The position numbers were made by a program, and so were the translations under genes. A DNA stretch of 64,000 bases, from contig JBEWZL010000083.1 of NCBI GenBank assembly GCA_045837725.1, forward strand, positions 124,001 to 188,000, read 5' to 3'. Of this stretch, positions 1 through 13,300 are shown piece by piece (positions within the stretch are counted from its first letter, which is position 1; each line of letters starts with the position of its first letter). This DNA comes from Vermamoeba vermiformis (Eukaryota). The notes under the pieces were generated by a model, which saw only the letters and a program-made list of their open reading frames with translations, ran no database searches and was not told where the DNA came from.

Positions 1-512
1 TCCGAATAGCAACACTCCTAAATACACTATTGGATAATACAGGCAAGTCCTACCTATATAAGGACCATTTCTTATTTAATTTATTCGAATCTGCAATTTA
101 GATCTTTGCTCAAAGTACTTTTCTTGTGTAAATAAAGAGCAAAGCTTATTATGATCTTACGAATCGATACGAAACTAGACGAACCAAGCCAAATATCGTT
201 TGATTTTGACTATCAATTTCAAAATTTTTCTCGCGGCAAATACACGCGCCAGTACAAATAGCAATAAATATCAGCACATGATAGGACTTTTCGATAAGAT
301 ATCACGCGTAGAAGGATAAACGCGTGCTCTTTTATCGCTCATCACGAGTGCGACTATAATGTAGAGAAAATTTGTTGAAATTTTGGATCGCATTCGTGAC
401 GCAATCGCGCTACGAAAAAAATATTTATAGCGCCTAAGAAACACTCTTTATTCAATCCAAAACCAAATACTAAACCACATCACCCGAATAATAGTCAAAA
501 ACTCAATAAACA

Positions 513-2065
513 ATGGAATCTAAGCCCACCCAAGGTCTCGGTCAAACCGGTCTCACTGGCCAAAAGCCTCTTTTGAACCAACAACAAGGTCTGATGGGTC
601 AGCAACAACAAGGCTTGCTTGGTCAACAACAAGGTCTGATGGGTCAACAACAACCAGGCTTGATCGGCCAGCAACAAGGTCTTGGTCAACAACAAGGTCT
701 GATTGGTCAACAACAACCAGGCATGATCGGCCAGCAAGGTTTGATGGGTCAACAACAGCCTCTTCGTCTCCGGTCAATCGCAATTACCCGTCGGATTGGG
801 CCCTCACCAACAATTAATCGGCGGTCAAGGCTTGCCCACCACTCACCACTTGCCTGCTGCGCAATTCCAGACTCAGCCCATCGTTACCATCGAAAATCCC
901 GCACCCGTGGTCAATGTCCGCGCACCTCAAGCTGTCGTCAATGTTGCAAATCCCGCACCTATCGTTCACACTGAAGGCTTGCAAAAAGAGGTTAGTGCAA
1001 TACAATGCTTAATTCAATAATGCATACTATTTCGAGATTGATATGTGCGCAAAGACAAGCGCTCTTCTACAAAAATAGTGATTCATCGTTTGAAATTTCA
1101 GCAAAAACTTGACTTGTTTTGGCTATTTTTCGACTCATTCAAATGACATGCAATTACTAATGGTCGTACTATTATTACAGATCAACGTTGTTGCTCCTCC
1201 CTCACAAGTCAACATTGCCAATCCCGCACCGTTCGTCAATGTTCAAGCACAAAAAGACGTCAGTGTCATCGCTCCGCCCTCGCGCGTCAACATCGCGAAC
1301 CCTGCTCCCCTTGTCAATGTCGAGAGACAGAAGGACGTCAGCGTCATTGCCCCTGCTGCTCACGTGAACATTGCCAACCCCGCTCCTTTCGTCAGTGTCG
1401 AGAAACAGAAGGACGTCAATGTCGTCACTCCTGCTCCGCACATCAACGTGGCCAACCCTGCTCCGCTCGTTAATGTTGCAGCACCCAAGGCTGTCGATGT
1501 AGTTACGCCTGCTCCTCACATCAATGTTGCTAACCCCGCTCCCCTCGTGAACGTTGAGAGGCAGAAGGACGTCAATGTCGTCACTCCCGCACCTCTCATT
1601 AACGTCGCCAACCCTGCCCCTCTTGTCAACCTCGAGAAGCAAAAGGACGTCAACGTCATCACCCCTGCTACTCACATCAATGTTGCTAACCCCGCTCCCC
1701 TCGTCAATGTTGAGAGACAAAAGGACGTTAGTGTCATTGCCCCTGCTTCACGCATCAATGTCGCCAATCCTGCTCCTCTCGTCAACGTCAGCAAGACTCA
1801 AGACGTCAATGTCGTTGCTCCTCCTTCCCTCGTTAACGTGTCAAACCCTGCTCCTCTCGTCAGCGTTGAAAAGCAAAAGGACGTCAGCGTGCTCAACCCC
1901 GCTCCTCACGTCAACGTTGCCAGCGCTGCTCCTCACGTTAACATTCAAAACCAACCTACCACTGGCTTGTTGACTCAACAACAGACTACAACGACCACTC
2001 AACAAACTATGACTAAGGGCACTGGTTTGGGTCAACAAACTCTCCACACCACCGAACACGCTTAA
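513..2065 (+). CDS. Low-complexity protein with an N-terminal G/L/Q-rich (GLMGQQQ) head and about 11 copies of a 26-aa Val/Pro/Asn repeat; intron 991-1180; apparent +1 frameshift near 763
   Basis: ATG at 513; ORF pieces 513-762, about 766-990 and 1181-2065 share the VNVxNPAP motif and strong C/T-ending codon bias; GTTAGT...TTACAG intron. Confidence 0.8.
1181..1952 (+). repeat. Coding tandem repeat, 78-nt / 26-aa unit, 10 copies (consensus VNVVxPAPHINVANPAPLVNVEKQKD)
   Basis: Read directly from the translation of ORF 1109..2065. Confidence 0.95.
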
Positions 2066-2325
2066 AACGGATGTCTAGTCCAAAAGAGACTTGAATATCA
2101 TTTTGTTCAAAAAAAAAGAACGCTAACCAGTTCACTTCGATACGTGCGCTGGTTGGTTGTTGTAAATAAATAGAACATATTATTTAATTTCAAATACGAG
2201 GTTACTACGGAAAACTTTGGATCTGTTCATATGCTATTTACAAATATACGAAGTAATTATAGTACAAACGAGTACCTGTCAAGAGTATTCGCCAATGAAG
2301 ATGAGGCGTTTGAAAGAGTAGAACC

Positions 2326-2964
2326 TATTGTACGTGACGTCGTCTGTTGCACGCTGACTTAATACCGGCGAAAGCAACATTTCTTTCCGAATAGGCTGCG
2401 TCGAAACGTTCGATTTTGCCGAGCAGCTCCTCCAAATCACTACAGATACAATAAGTCTACTTTGAAAGTGCTTGGAGGTACATACTTGCGCAATGAAGTC
2501 ACCTGGTCTTGAAGATCAACATTGGACTTTACTAGCTTATTGACTCGAGTCTCGTGTTCTTCCTTCAGCTTTTGTAACTCGATTTGATGCGCTTTGTTCT
2601 GCTGCTCTAGGTCTTGCTTCATTATGGCTATTATCTCAGCATGAACTTTGCATTGTTCTTTGTAGTCCTTGGTTCGTCTTGTTTTTTTGTTGCGCACTAG
2701 TGCTCGAGTTGATGACTGCATCGATTAGCTCTTTAAATAATATTAGAACTGAAAGTGAATTATATATGTTGGAGATTGATACTTACTTGGGTACTCCGAG
2801 TCCTCTTCAAGCACGGTAAGAAAATTGGGATCTTCAATCGAAGCTAACGAAATAGAGCCCCTCTCTAAAATATCGCGAGTAATAAGAAAGTAAGCAGCCT
2901 TGTCGTCGTTCAAAAAATGAGGGTGGCACTTGTTGGTAGCAATGAAGCGAGTTCTGTGTTGCAT
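2326..2964 (-). CDS. Hypothetical coiled-coil protein, about 3 exons
   Basis: ORFs 2743..2964 and 2440..2721 join in phase through GT-AG introns; heptad-like ELQKLKEEHETRVNKL segment; 3' end uncertain. Confidence 0.5.
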
Positions 2965-3479
2965 CTTTTAAAATTTGACTTAGAAAAAGGCGGGAGTGAG
3001 CGAGACCCACTTTTTGTACCGGAGCTCTTTTCTGATTGGTCTAAACTTGTATTTTCTGAATTTTGGGATACAAGAAGAGCTACAAAAACTTAAGACTGTA
3101 TAAAGTCAACCCGAGAACAAATATGTGGACGAACGTAACTCAGGCGTAATTACAATAGTCTTTAAGCCATATGTATCAATTTCGATTGGTTTCAATTTTG
3201 GCGTAGAATGACCAGGAGTAAGATAAGTTTGTAAGCAGATTCAACTTCTTGTTTGCAGATGCGATCCGAACTTAATTATCTGAAATATGCCATAAATTAA
3301 GCTAGTGCTTCTCAAGTTAAATTACCCATTGAATTTAAATACTAGAAATTGTTTTGGACCTACCTCGTCGTCCAGAAATTCAATTTCAAACCCGATCTGA
3401 ACCGAAATCATAATAACAAAAGATAATTGTGCCGTTAGAATAGGCAAATTCGCTATTTTTAGTTCGCTAGACGCATAAT

Positions 3480-5512
3480 TTACAAATAGAACTTCGCCAA
3501 CTTGCTGCCTATCTCTTTAGCCACTTGTTTTCCGAATTCATATCGTCGCTTGCCCTCAAGATACTTCATAGCCTCTTCGTAAGTATTAGGCACGACTTTA
3601 TCGACAATGCCATCGGGACATGTGAACGTGAAGTGGAACGTCGTTGTAACATCGCGAGTGTTTTCACGGGGGTTCAAAACTTCAGCTACGACCTGTTGGT
3701 TGCACGTGTCACAAAGTGTTGAATATGATGATATGTATTCAGTACCTTAATGCCCAGGGCATGGCTCGTCGAGTAGATGACTTCGCTGTTGAAAATGAGC
3801 ATTGAACCGATTTCAACGCCTTTGTGGAACGAGACCGAATCGAGCGCCAAGAACCACGGTCGAACTCCGCAGTGAATGTGCGCACTCGTCCAGGCTTAGT
3901 AACGCGTCAGTAAGGCACTGTTATGTCCATTATAGCTGCTGTCAGTCCTTACCAAGCTCAGCTGCTTTCCGCATTAAATAACCTCCAAAAATCATATTTT
4001 TCATGTTGCGTTCTTGTGGCTGACAAACTACGACCTATTCATATGTCAGTGATGGTCCTATTATCATCAGATATGCACTTACAGATTGTAATTTAGTCTC
4101 AGACATCAATATCAATCGCTCAGCAGGTGTGTCTTCCGGTGCTAATGGCCGATAATTGTTGTGCTTGAACTTTTGCAAAAATTCTTGTTGTTTCGCGCGA
4201 AACACTCTCAATTCTTCCGCATTCATTTTCTTGGGCTGATTCTTTTGCATGTTGACGAATATTTCGTGAATAATCAGCCGTTCATCTTCTGTCGGGGGCT
4301 GCACTGCCAACGATTTTTTCGCTTGTTCGGCACGTCGTTGTTTGTTCACTGAACGGATACTTTAGAGATCACGCAATGACACTTTTGACATTTTGACACG
4401 TACATTCACCAATGGCAAACAACCTCTTCTCGTGCTCGGTTGTGGGCAACAATTTGTTCACCGCAGCTGCCTTGCCATTGCAAGTAGCAACCTATTAAAA
4501 TTAATAACGTGTATAATATGAATGTATTATCGTACCATAGTGAATGTTGCGAGTATCAGTGGGTCCCACTTGTTGACACCGAGCGGATCTTTAGCTTGAA
4601 CTTCAATGCGCACTTCCATGGAACTACGACCTACGTATGAGACACATCCTGTCGATGCATAATTAACTACTGTTTGACATATAATTAGGTGCACTGACCT
4701 TGCATCTTAATGTCCCTGTCAGCGTGCAGCTTGTTCAGCAAGTCAATGCGGTCCACACTCGCTGTCACAATGGTCAGCGGTCGTGTCAATGGATTGTTGT
4801 CTTCTGCGTGCAAATAAGCTGCAATATATTAGCCGTTAGTATATTGTTAGTGAAAGTACAGACCATTCTAGCGTACCAATGTTTCCAGCACATGCATCCA
4901 GATCCTCCAACAGCCGCTCAAATCGTACGTTGCCGTAAAAGTTGATGTACTGTTCTCTTAATGCTAAGTCGGTTCCTAAAGGCAATATAACTTCCACGTG
5001 TGAATCTGAAGGTTTCTTGTCTAATAAAAATGCTGGCAGCTCGCTGTCCATTTTGGTCGCATCCAAGCCTTGTTCTTGCAATTTTTTCAACTGTTCTTCT
5101 TCTGATCGCAATCGCTTCTCCCATAATTGCGTAGTTATGCTCGTACGAGAGGAGTGTGCTGAAATTGAACCGTTACTGAATGAAATCTTTTGTTTTGACA
5201 TTTGTAATTTTTAAATAATTATATCGTATTAAATCCAACCCATTCAAAGGGTGACAAATCGAATCGTCGTTAAAGAATTAAATTACAATTTAATAAAAAT
5301 ATTTAATAAATTCTGCATTTTTTTGAGCTGTGGCAGTGAGCGGAATCAACCTTACTTGCATATTTGTGCTGCACATATTCTCTATTTTGAATTTTATTTT
5401 GATTTGTCTTCAGGATCGTGGATGGAGTGCTCAAAGAGGCAGCGACCGTTCGCTTAACCGTGGAGCCATTGAGACCTCTCTTGGCAATACACCGCAGAGT
5501 GTTGTTCAACAT
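3480..5512 (-). CDS. ACOT9: Acyl-CoA thioesterase 9-like double hotdog-fold protein, probably mitochondrial; multi-exon
   Basis: LREQYINFYGNVRFERLLEDLDACAG and FHFTF...VVPNTYEEAMKYLEGKRR motifs; basic, presequence-like N-terminus. Confidence 0.85.
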
Positions 5513-5608
5513 ACTTGGGATGAATAATTGCTAGTTGAATAATTCATTCAAATTGAATTTCAACTCAAATACCTCACACATTACTGTAATTCACCTGACA
5601 ACAACAAA

Positions 5609-5886
5609 ATGTCGAAAAGTAAGTACCATAAAATTACGTATAATTGTTAGCAGCCAGATGACTAATAGATCCAGTGTATAATAAAACGAGTGGAAAATAC
5701 GGGTTCTACTTGCGCGAACCACGAAAAAAAGAGCTGCCTAAAGAAGATATGGAAGAAAAAGATACTGGAAAGCCAGAAGGCTCGACAACTAATAATAACT
5801 CTGCAAAATCCGAAAAGAAAAACAAATACCAACAAAATCAACCGCCCAATGCGAACTCAAACACTGAATTTAATTACATATCGTAG
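5609..5886 (+). CDS. Small hydrophilic hypothetical protein (MSKMYNKTSGKYGFYLREPRKK...)
   Basis: ATG at 5609, phase-1 GTAAGT...CCAG intron, then ORF 5674..5886; divergent from ACOT9. Confidence 0.45.
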
Positions 5887-6173
5887 TCCTAGACAATCTT
5901 ATTGATATTGTAATAATTATGGTGCGAGCTGGAGACGCAGCAGGATCCTTCAACACGTTGAATCACTGGTAACCAGTGCACGTCAAGATGAATTATCTAA
6001 TGAACAATAAACCTTCAGATATCCGTAGTAACATTCAACAATTCCTGTACAGCATCCGCTCGTAAGCAGAACGCAAAGTGGTTCAACTCATACCCTAATA
6101 GCAATGACCAAAGTTTAAATCCCATCAATTGCGGCACAGAGGCTTCAATCACATTACGAGAAGTAATTAGAGT

Positions 6174-7615
<1,442 letters not shown>

Positions 7616-7902
7616 TATGAATTAATTTTAATCTGTGCGCTGTGCTGTTGAAATGCGGTTGCAAGAACAAAATGTCAAATTTTCATGAAGGAAAGCAGTT
7701 GTTTCCGCCGCACTTGAACAACCACAACAATGCGCAATAGTAATTAGGTAAATATAATTATTAAATTTCAACGCATACATAATATTCCTATGCGGATCGC
7801 CCAAAATTTCTTAGTTTGAAGCACTTTGCTAATTCAAAAATTATGGCCTATTTTACAATAATAATTAACTAATAATTATAATATTTTTAGGAAAATTTCA
7901 CA

Positions 7903-8535
7903 ATGAAAAAGCTTTTTGACATCGACGAATACGACAAGCAAGTAATTCAGGATCACATCCGCTTCTTGCGCGCCAAGAAACAAGTTGAAGACTTCAAAAA
8001 ACATCAAATGAGGACACTTGATCAATTAAAGGATAATATTGGCAATGACAATCAGCTATTGTGCAGTCATGATCCAAGTAACCTGCGAAATGGCTTTGCA
8101 TCTTTATTTCAAAATCAAGCGATTCCAGAACGAGATAAAGAATATATTGTGGAACAAATTGTTAAAAGAGATCAAGGAGATAACTATTTAATGAAAAGGA
8201 AGCGAGATCATTTTGAAGATTCACCGGGGTTCAAACCAGATGCATCCCAAATGGATATTGACGAAGAAGATCAACAGCTGTATAGTGAAATTAATGTAAA
8301 TAATGAGGAGGATAAGCATATTGATGAATATGTGCCGAACAAACGGAGGAAACTGGCTGATACTAGCGATGTAAATAATGGCGTAACTGTAGATAATAGA
8401 AATACTTTAGGCACTTTCAACAATCAGCCTGACAATAATGAACATAATGGTATCGATGCAAATCAAAAGAAACGAAAAGCAATCGAAATGGATATTGAAA
8501 ATGAGGTAGAGACCAAACGGCGAAGGATTGATTAA
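7903..8535 (+). CDS. Hypothetical charged protein with several NLS-like basic clusters
   Basis: 210-aa ORF containing KRKR, KRRK, KKRK and KRRR. Confidence 0.65.
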   Translation: MKKLFDIDEYDKQVIQDHIRFLRAKKQVEDFKKHQMRTLDQLKDNIGNDNQLLCSHDPSNLRNGFASLFQNQAIPERDKEYIVEQIVKRDQGDNYLMKRKRDHFEDSPGFKPDASQMDIDEEDQQLYSEINVNNEEDKHIDEYVPNKRRKLADTSDVNNGVTVDNRNTLGTFNNQPDNNEHNGIDANQKKRKAIEMDIENEVETKRRRID

Positions 8536-8677
8536 ATTTCTTGTAAATAAACGTGCTTATTATTAGCCATCATGCAGATATCCAAAAACTACATCGAGTA
8601 TTTATTTACATTACAAAAATTCAAATCAAAACTTGACGGGAAACTGAGCTCTGATGACTCGTGACCACTAAAACAGT

Positions 8678-10079
8678 CTAATGACGGAATCCCACATGAT
8701 TCTTGCTTACTAAGAAGTAGCCAAGGACCTTGACCCACAGCAAGCCCATCACAAACACGGCGAATATGACCGCTAAAGGACGTACAATCTTCTCGCCTTC
8801 AAACGCGAATTTGTTGCGCGGCGCATCCTAATTAACCACACGATTAGAAGTCATAAAAATAGTGCCCCTGTTCGATACATACTCGTTCGATTGCTTGTTC
8901 GTGACGTACTTCAGCCATGACACGTGTCAACTCGGATAGCTCATCTTGTTGTTCCTATATGCTTGATTAGGCACATGCACTCTATATAAGTATTGCTTAC
9001 CTTGACGCGCTTAGCCAACATGGACAAGTGCAGCTCAGTGTTGTCGCGGAGATGTTTGCCAATGTCTTTGCGGTACACCTATCCCTCTGATTAGCGAATG
9101 ACGGCTTATACATATGAAGTATCCATACCAAAGCTAGACAGCCGCTGTGCGAGAACGGACAAGGCACCGCAGCGAACTCGCATTCGTCATCGAGGTGGAT
9201 CTGCAACTCTTTTCTTCGTAATTCGAGACCACAGCCGTCATTAGGGCAAGTAAAGGGTCTCATCAGGCAATTTTCAACATGCTCCTGTTGATTATTAAGT
9301 ACAAACCCTTCGTGTCTTATTATATCGTGGTTACGCACTTCATAAGCACAATTGAACACTTTGTGATCTGGATCGTACGGACAAATTCGTTGTAACCAGG
9401 GGCAATCTTCTTGTTCGTGCTTTGGCATATCCTATTAAGACTGAAATGAGAATCAAGACAGACTGCCATTCATATTTAATCAAGCAGCCTAATTTTAGAA
9501 AATTTTTGGTGGATCGTGACCACAAGATTTTCCGAATAGTGTCGTAAAATTTGATCGTCGCATAGCCAATCAAAATCAACACAATACCTTTCTAAACGAT
9601 ATGTATGTGCACAGATCACTATTTGCACAAGCCACCTTTACAAACTCGCAATCATTAGCTAGATGCGCTTCAATTTCAGCATCAGTTCCGCGGAAGTCGC
9701 ATTCCCCTTCACTGCATCGTCTCTTTAGTGGCATGTTTTTCAGTAAACGCTAAATTTCCTATGATTAGCCTTGGATCAGATCAAGATCTCGTTTGGAACT
9801 TGCCATCAGAGGGATATTGGGGCGGACTTCTTGAACGGTAAAGCACTTGGGGCATTCTTTAGGTGCTGCCATGTAGCAATTCCAGCAGTAAATCGTACTG
9901 CAGCACAAAGTCTCAAGCGGATTGCGCGGCACCTGTGGATTCAAAATTAATGAACCAGAAACTAAGAACAACGGCGTGCATACCTCTTTGCAAACAGCGC
10001 AAGATATCTCATCCAGCCACTTTTTAGTCGGAGCGGAACTCTCTAACAAAGAAGAATCGAGGGAATTTGAAAAGTCCAT
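8678..10079 (-). CDS. RING plus TRAF-type zinc-finger protein with a C-terminal transmembrane anchor
   Basis: CAVCKE..CCSTIYCWNC..CPKC RING; HEQEDC..CPYDPDH and CPNDGC..HLDDEC..CPFSHSGC fingers; last exon PLAVIFAVFVMGLLWVKVLGYFLV before the stop at 8678. Confidence 0.75.
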
Positions 10080-10360
10080 TTAATCGTGCTGAGTTGCGTT
10101 GCTCTCAGTATTGGATAAACAAATACTGATGTCATCATCAAACAGGACCAATTGTAAAATCGGGCTGAAACTGCAATGGTTTTTCTATGGAAATTTGAAG
10201 CTTTTCGAGCTTGTCGTCAGATCAATTTCCATTCGTTACACTAGTAAGCAAGCGAGTAAGATTGGTGGGAAAAAGACTTTATGTGGTCCTTCTATCCAAC
10301 CACTATATCTACAAATTTACAAATGATACATACTCTACAAGCAGAGCAGTCAAATCCAGC

Positions 10361-13300
10361 TTAGTAACCTTGAGCAACCAACCATTTGGAAGTCTCGTCT
10401 CGAGCTCGAGACAAGAAACCAGCGTGACTGCGAATGGTTTCAACAGTTTGCTTGATGGTACGCTCAATGCCGGTTTGATCCTTGTCTGCGAAGAACTTTT
10501 CAACTTCTTCAGCGCGCTCCACAGTGGTGAAGTCAGCGGCAGCGAAGGAGATGATGCGGTTCAACAAGAACTGAGTGTTGCCGAACTTCTTCTTGAGGTC
10601 GCTCCAAGAGTTGCGAACAAAGTCCCAGCAGATCTCACGACCAGCAGCAGTCGAAGCAACGCCCATAATAGGCACGTAGAAGTCTTGGTCGCGCACTTTG
10701 CCGCTGCTCATGGCGTACTCGATGGTCTTCTTCAACAACTCGGGCTTCTTGGTCAAGGAAATCGAACGCAAGGTACGGATCTTGTCTTCAGGAGTGCTGG
10801 CATTCTCGTACAACTTGACCATAGTGTCGTACTCGGCTTGATCTCCGTTGCGCATGACAATCTTGAGAACGACGTCACGCAAGTCAGCAGCCAATGAAGA
10901 CTCGTCCTTCACGTAAGCTTCGAAGCGTTTCTTGGCCTCGGCAGCGACTTCCTCATCAGTAGCGAGGTTGTTGATGACGACAGCGCGGAGCAACTTGTTG
11001 AGGTCGTTTTCGCCTTGAACTGAGTCCCAGCCCAACTTCTTGTAGACAGGCTTGAACAATTGGGCAACGAACTTCTGGATGCGAGGATAGGACTCCTCGG
11101 CGGAGAAGATGGTTTGAACTTCAGCGAGATTGGCGCTCAAGTCGGCCCAGACGGGGTACTTCTCTTCGTTTTGGTATTGTTGAGCGAGGGCAAGAGCCTA
11201 CAAAGATGAGATTAGGACTTGATTTAAAGGACACATGCGAGAAAAATTTGAAGTGAAATGAATTGAATCAGAATAATATGATTCCGGTTAGCTTTTCTTC
11301 TTCAGGCGTCGGAAGAGGGAGCTTGTTATCATCAGTTCAATTCGATGGAACATGCAACCTCGTGACATTTTCTCGCGATACTTACTTGAGACAAGGGAAT
11401 GAGACCAGCCTTGGCAAGAGCGAAAGCGTCGTTTTGCAAGCCCAAACGATCAACAGCGCTGAGCTCGGTGACGTGCTTGGCAAGTTGTTGAGCCAACTCA
11501 GCAGAGTATTGAACGCGATAGACACCACTTTGACCACTGTTGAACTTGACGAAGGGAGCACTTCCAGCTTCGGCGATTTCAAACTCGTGGCTCTTGGCTG
11601 AACAACAAATGATTAATTCAGGGCTCACCACAAGGAAAGGATAGAAAATAAGAAAGAGAATAGAATCTATTCTCCCTTGGGTAACAAGCTTTGTCATGTG
11701 GAGGTCAAAGCCCCTTGGGGGGAGAAATAAAAAGAGAATATTGCACCGGGTTAGTCAAGAGTCATATTGCACATGTGCATGACCCCCGTACTTTGGCAGT
11801 GCGTTGTATGTAACGAACAACTTACTATTGAAAGTGATGGGGTGAACCTTGCCGTTGACGTTCACAGCCAAGTTGATCCACCACAAGGCAGTGTCGTCTT
11901 CAGCGGAGGCAGGACCGGAGTTCAAGAAGCGCTTTTGGGTGGCACGGAACTTGCCATTGCCCAAGCTCTCGACTTGAACAACAGGGTAACCGATGCAAGT
12001 AGTCCAGTTGGCCATCATTTCAGGCACTGGGTGGTTGCTGGCCTCGGCGAACGCACGCCACAAATCAACAGTGGTAGCATTGCCGAATTGGTGGCGCTTC
12101 AGATAGATGTTCAAACCCTTGCGGAAGTTGGCATCACCAATGAAGTCAGCAATGGTGCGGATAACAGCGGCACCTATTCAGTAAGTGTTAGAACTTGATT
12201 AAAGAAAAAGATTTTAGAAAAAACAAAATTGATTGAGCTTTGTATCAGAATTTAGGTGGTCCACAGTAATCATCGGACAGGAATAACTGGCAAAATAAGA
12301 ATCATCATAGAAAGCTTGAGGAATGTCGCAAATAGTGCACTAAACAATACTCACCCTTGTTGTAAGAGATGGCGTCGAAGATCTCATCGATGTCGTGCGA
12401 GTTCTTGACTTCAACTTCAATAGGATGAGAGCTCTTCAAACCGTCGAGGTTCAAGGCGCTGAAGGTGTAGCCGGATACGAAGCGAGTCCAGACATCCCAC
12501 TCAGGGAAAAGGTGGTCGATGGCTTGGTTGCCGACCCATGTGGCGAAACCTTCGTTCAACCTAAACAAAAACATTGAGATTGAGTTACGTGATTTGTTAA
12601 AGCAGGTAGATAAAGTTGATTATGGTCAGAACTTGATCGTAATTGAAACACTCATAGGCGTCATGTCAAATATGAGTTCATCATGTGAAAATCAATCAAA
12701 TGATGTGCGACTTGGCAAGTCGAGTATGAAACTTACCACAACTCTTTCCACCAGTCCATGGTTACCAAGTTGCCGAACCATTGATGAGCCAATTCGTGAG
12801 CGACAACATAAGCAACTCTGAAGCGCATGTTGATGCTCGACTTCTCGTCAGCCATCAAGGCAGCTTCACGGTAAGTGATCAGACCCCAGTTCTCCATGGC
12901 GCCGGCAGCAAAGTCGGGAATGGCAACCATGTCTTGTTTGGGCAGAGGGTAGGGGACACCATAGTAGTCCTCAAAGTATGAAAGGACCTTGGCTAGAAAA
13001 GCAGATCGTGAGTTCAAGGATCTAGCAGCAGAAGCAACTAATACTTACTTCCTACATCAAGAGCGAAGAGACCTTGATCGGATTTGCCCTTGCCGGTGAA
13101 GACGCGCATAGTGACACCCTTTAAAGGAAAAGTTAGATCGCGATCTACATCAGTCGATGAGGGATTCGAACTTACTCGGCTAGTCTTGCTCTCAACAAAA
13201 TCAAACTCGCCGACAACGAAGGCCAGCAAGTAAGTAGACATGATCGGGGTGACATCAAAGCGAACAGTTTTGGTCTTGGCAGCGGCATCGTGCGACTCCT

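Noticed and set aside
45-80. AAGTCCTACCT...GGACCATTTCT, loosely like the U3 snoRNA 5' boxes
   Set aside because: No convincing C', B, C or D boxes or stems follow
1181-1952. Regular 78-nt repeats as a CRISPR array or satellite
   Set aside because: In-frame coding repeats with synonymous variation, no unique spacers, eukaryotic context
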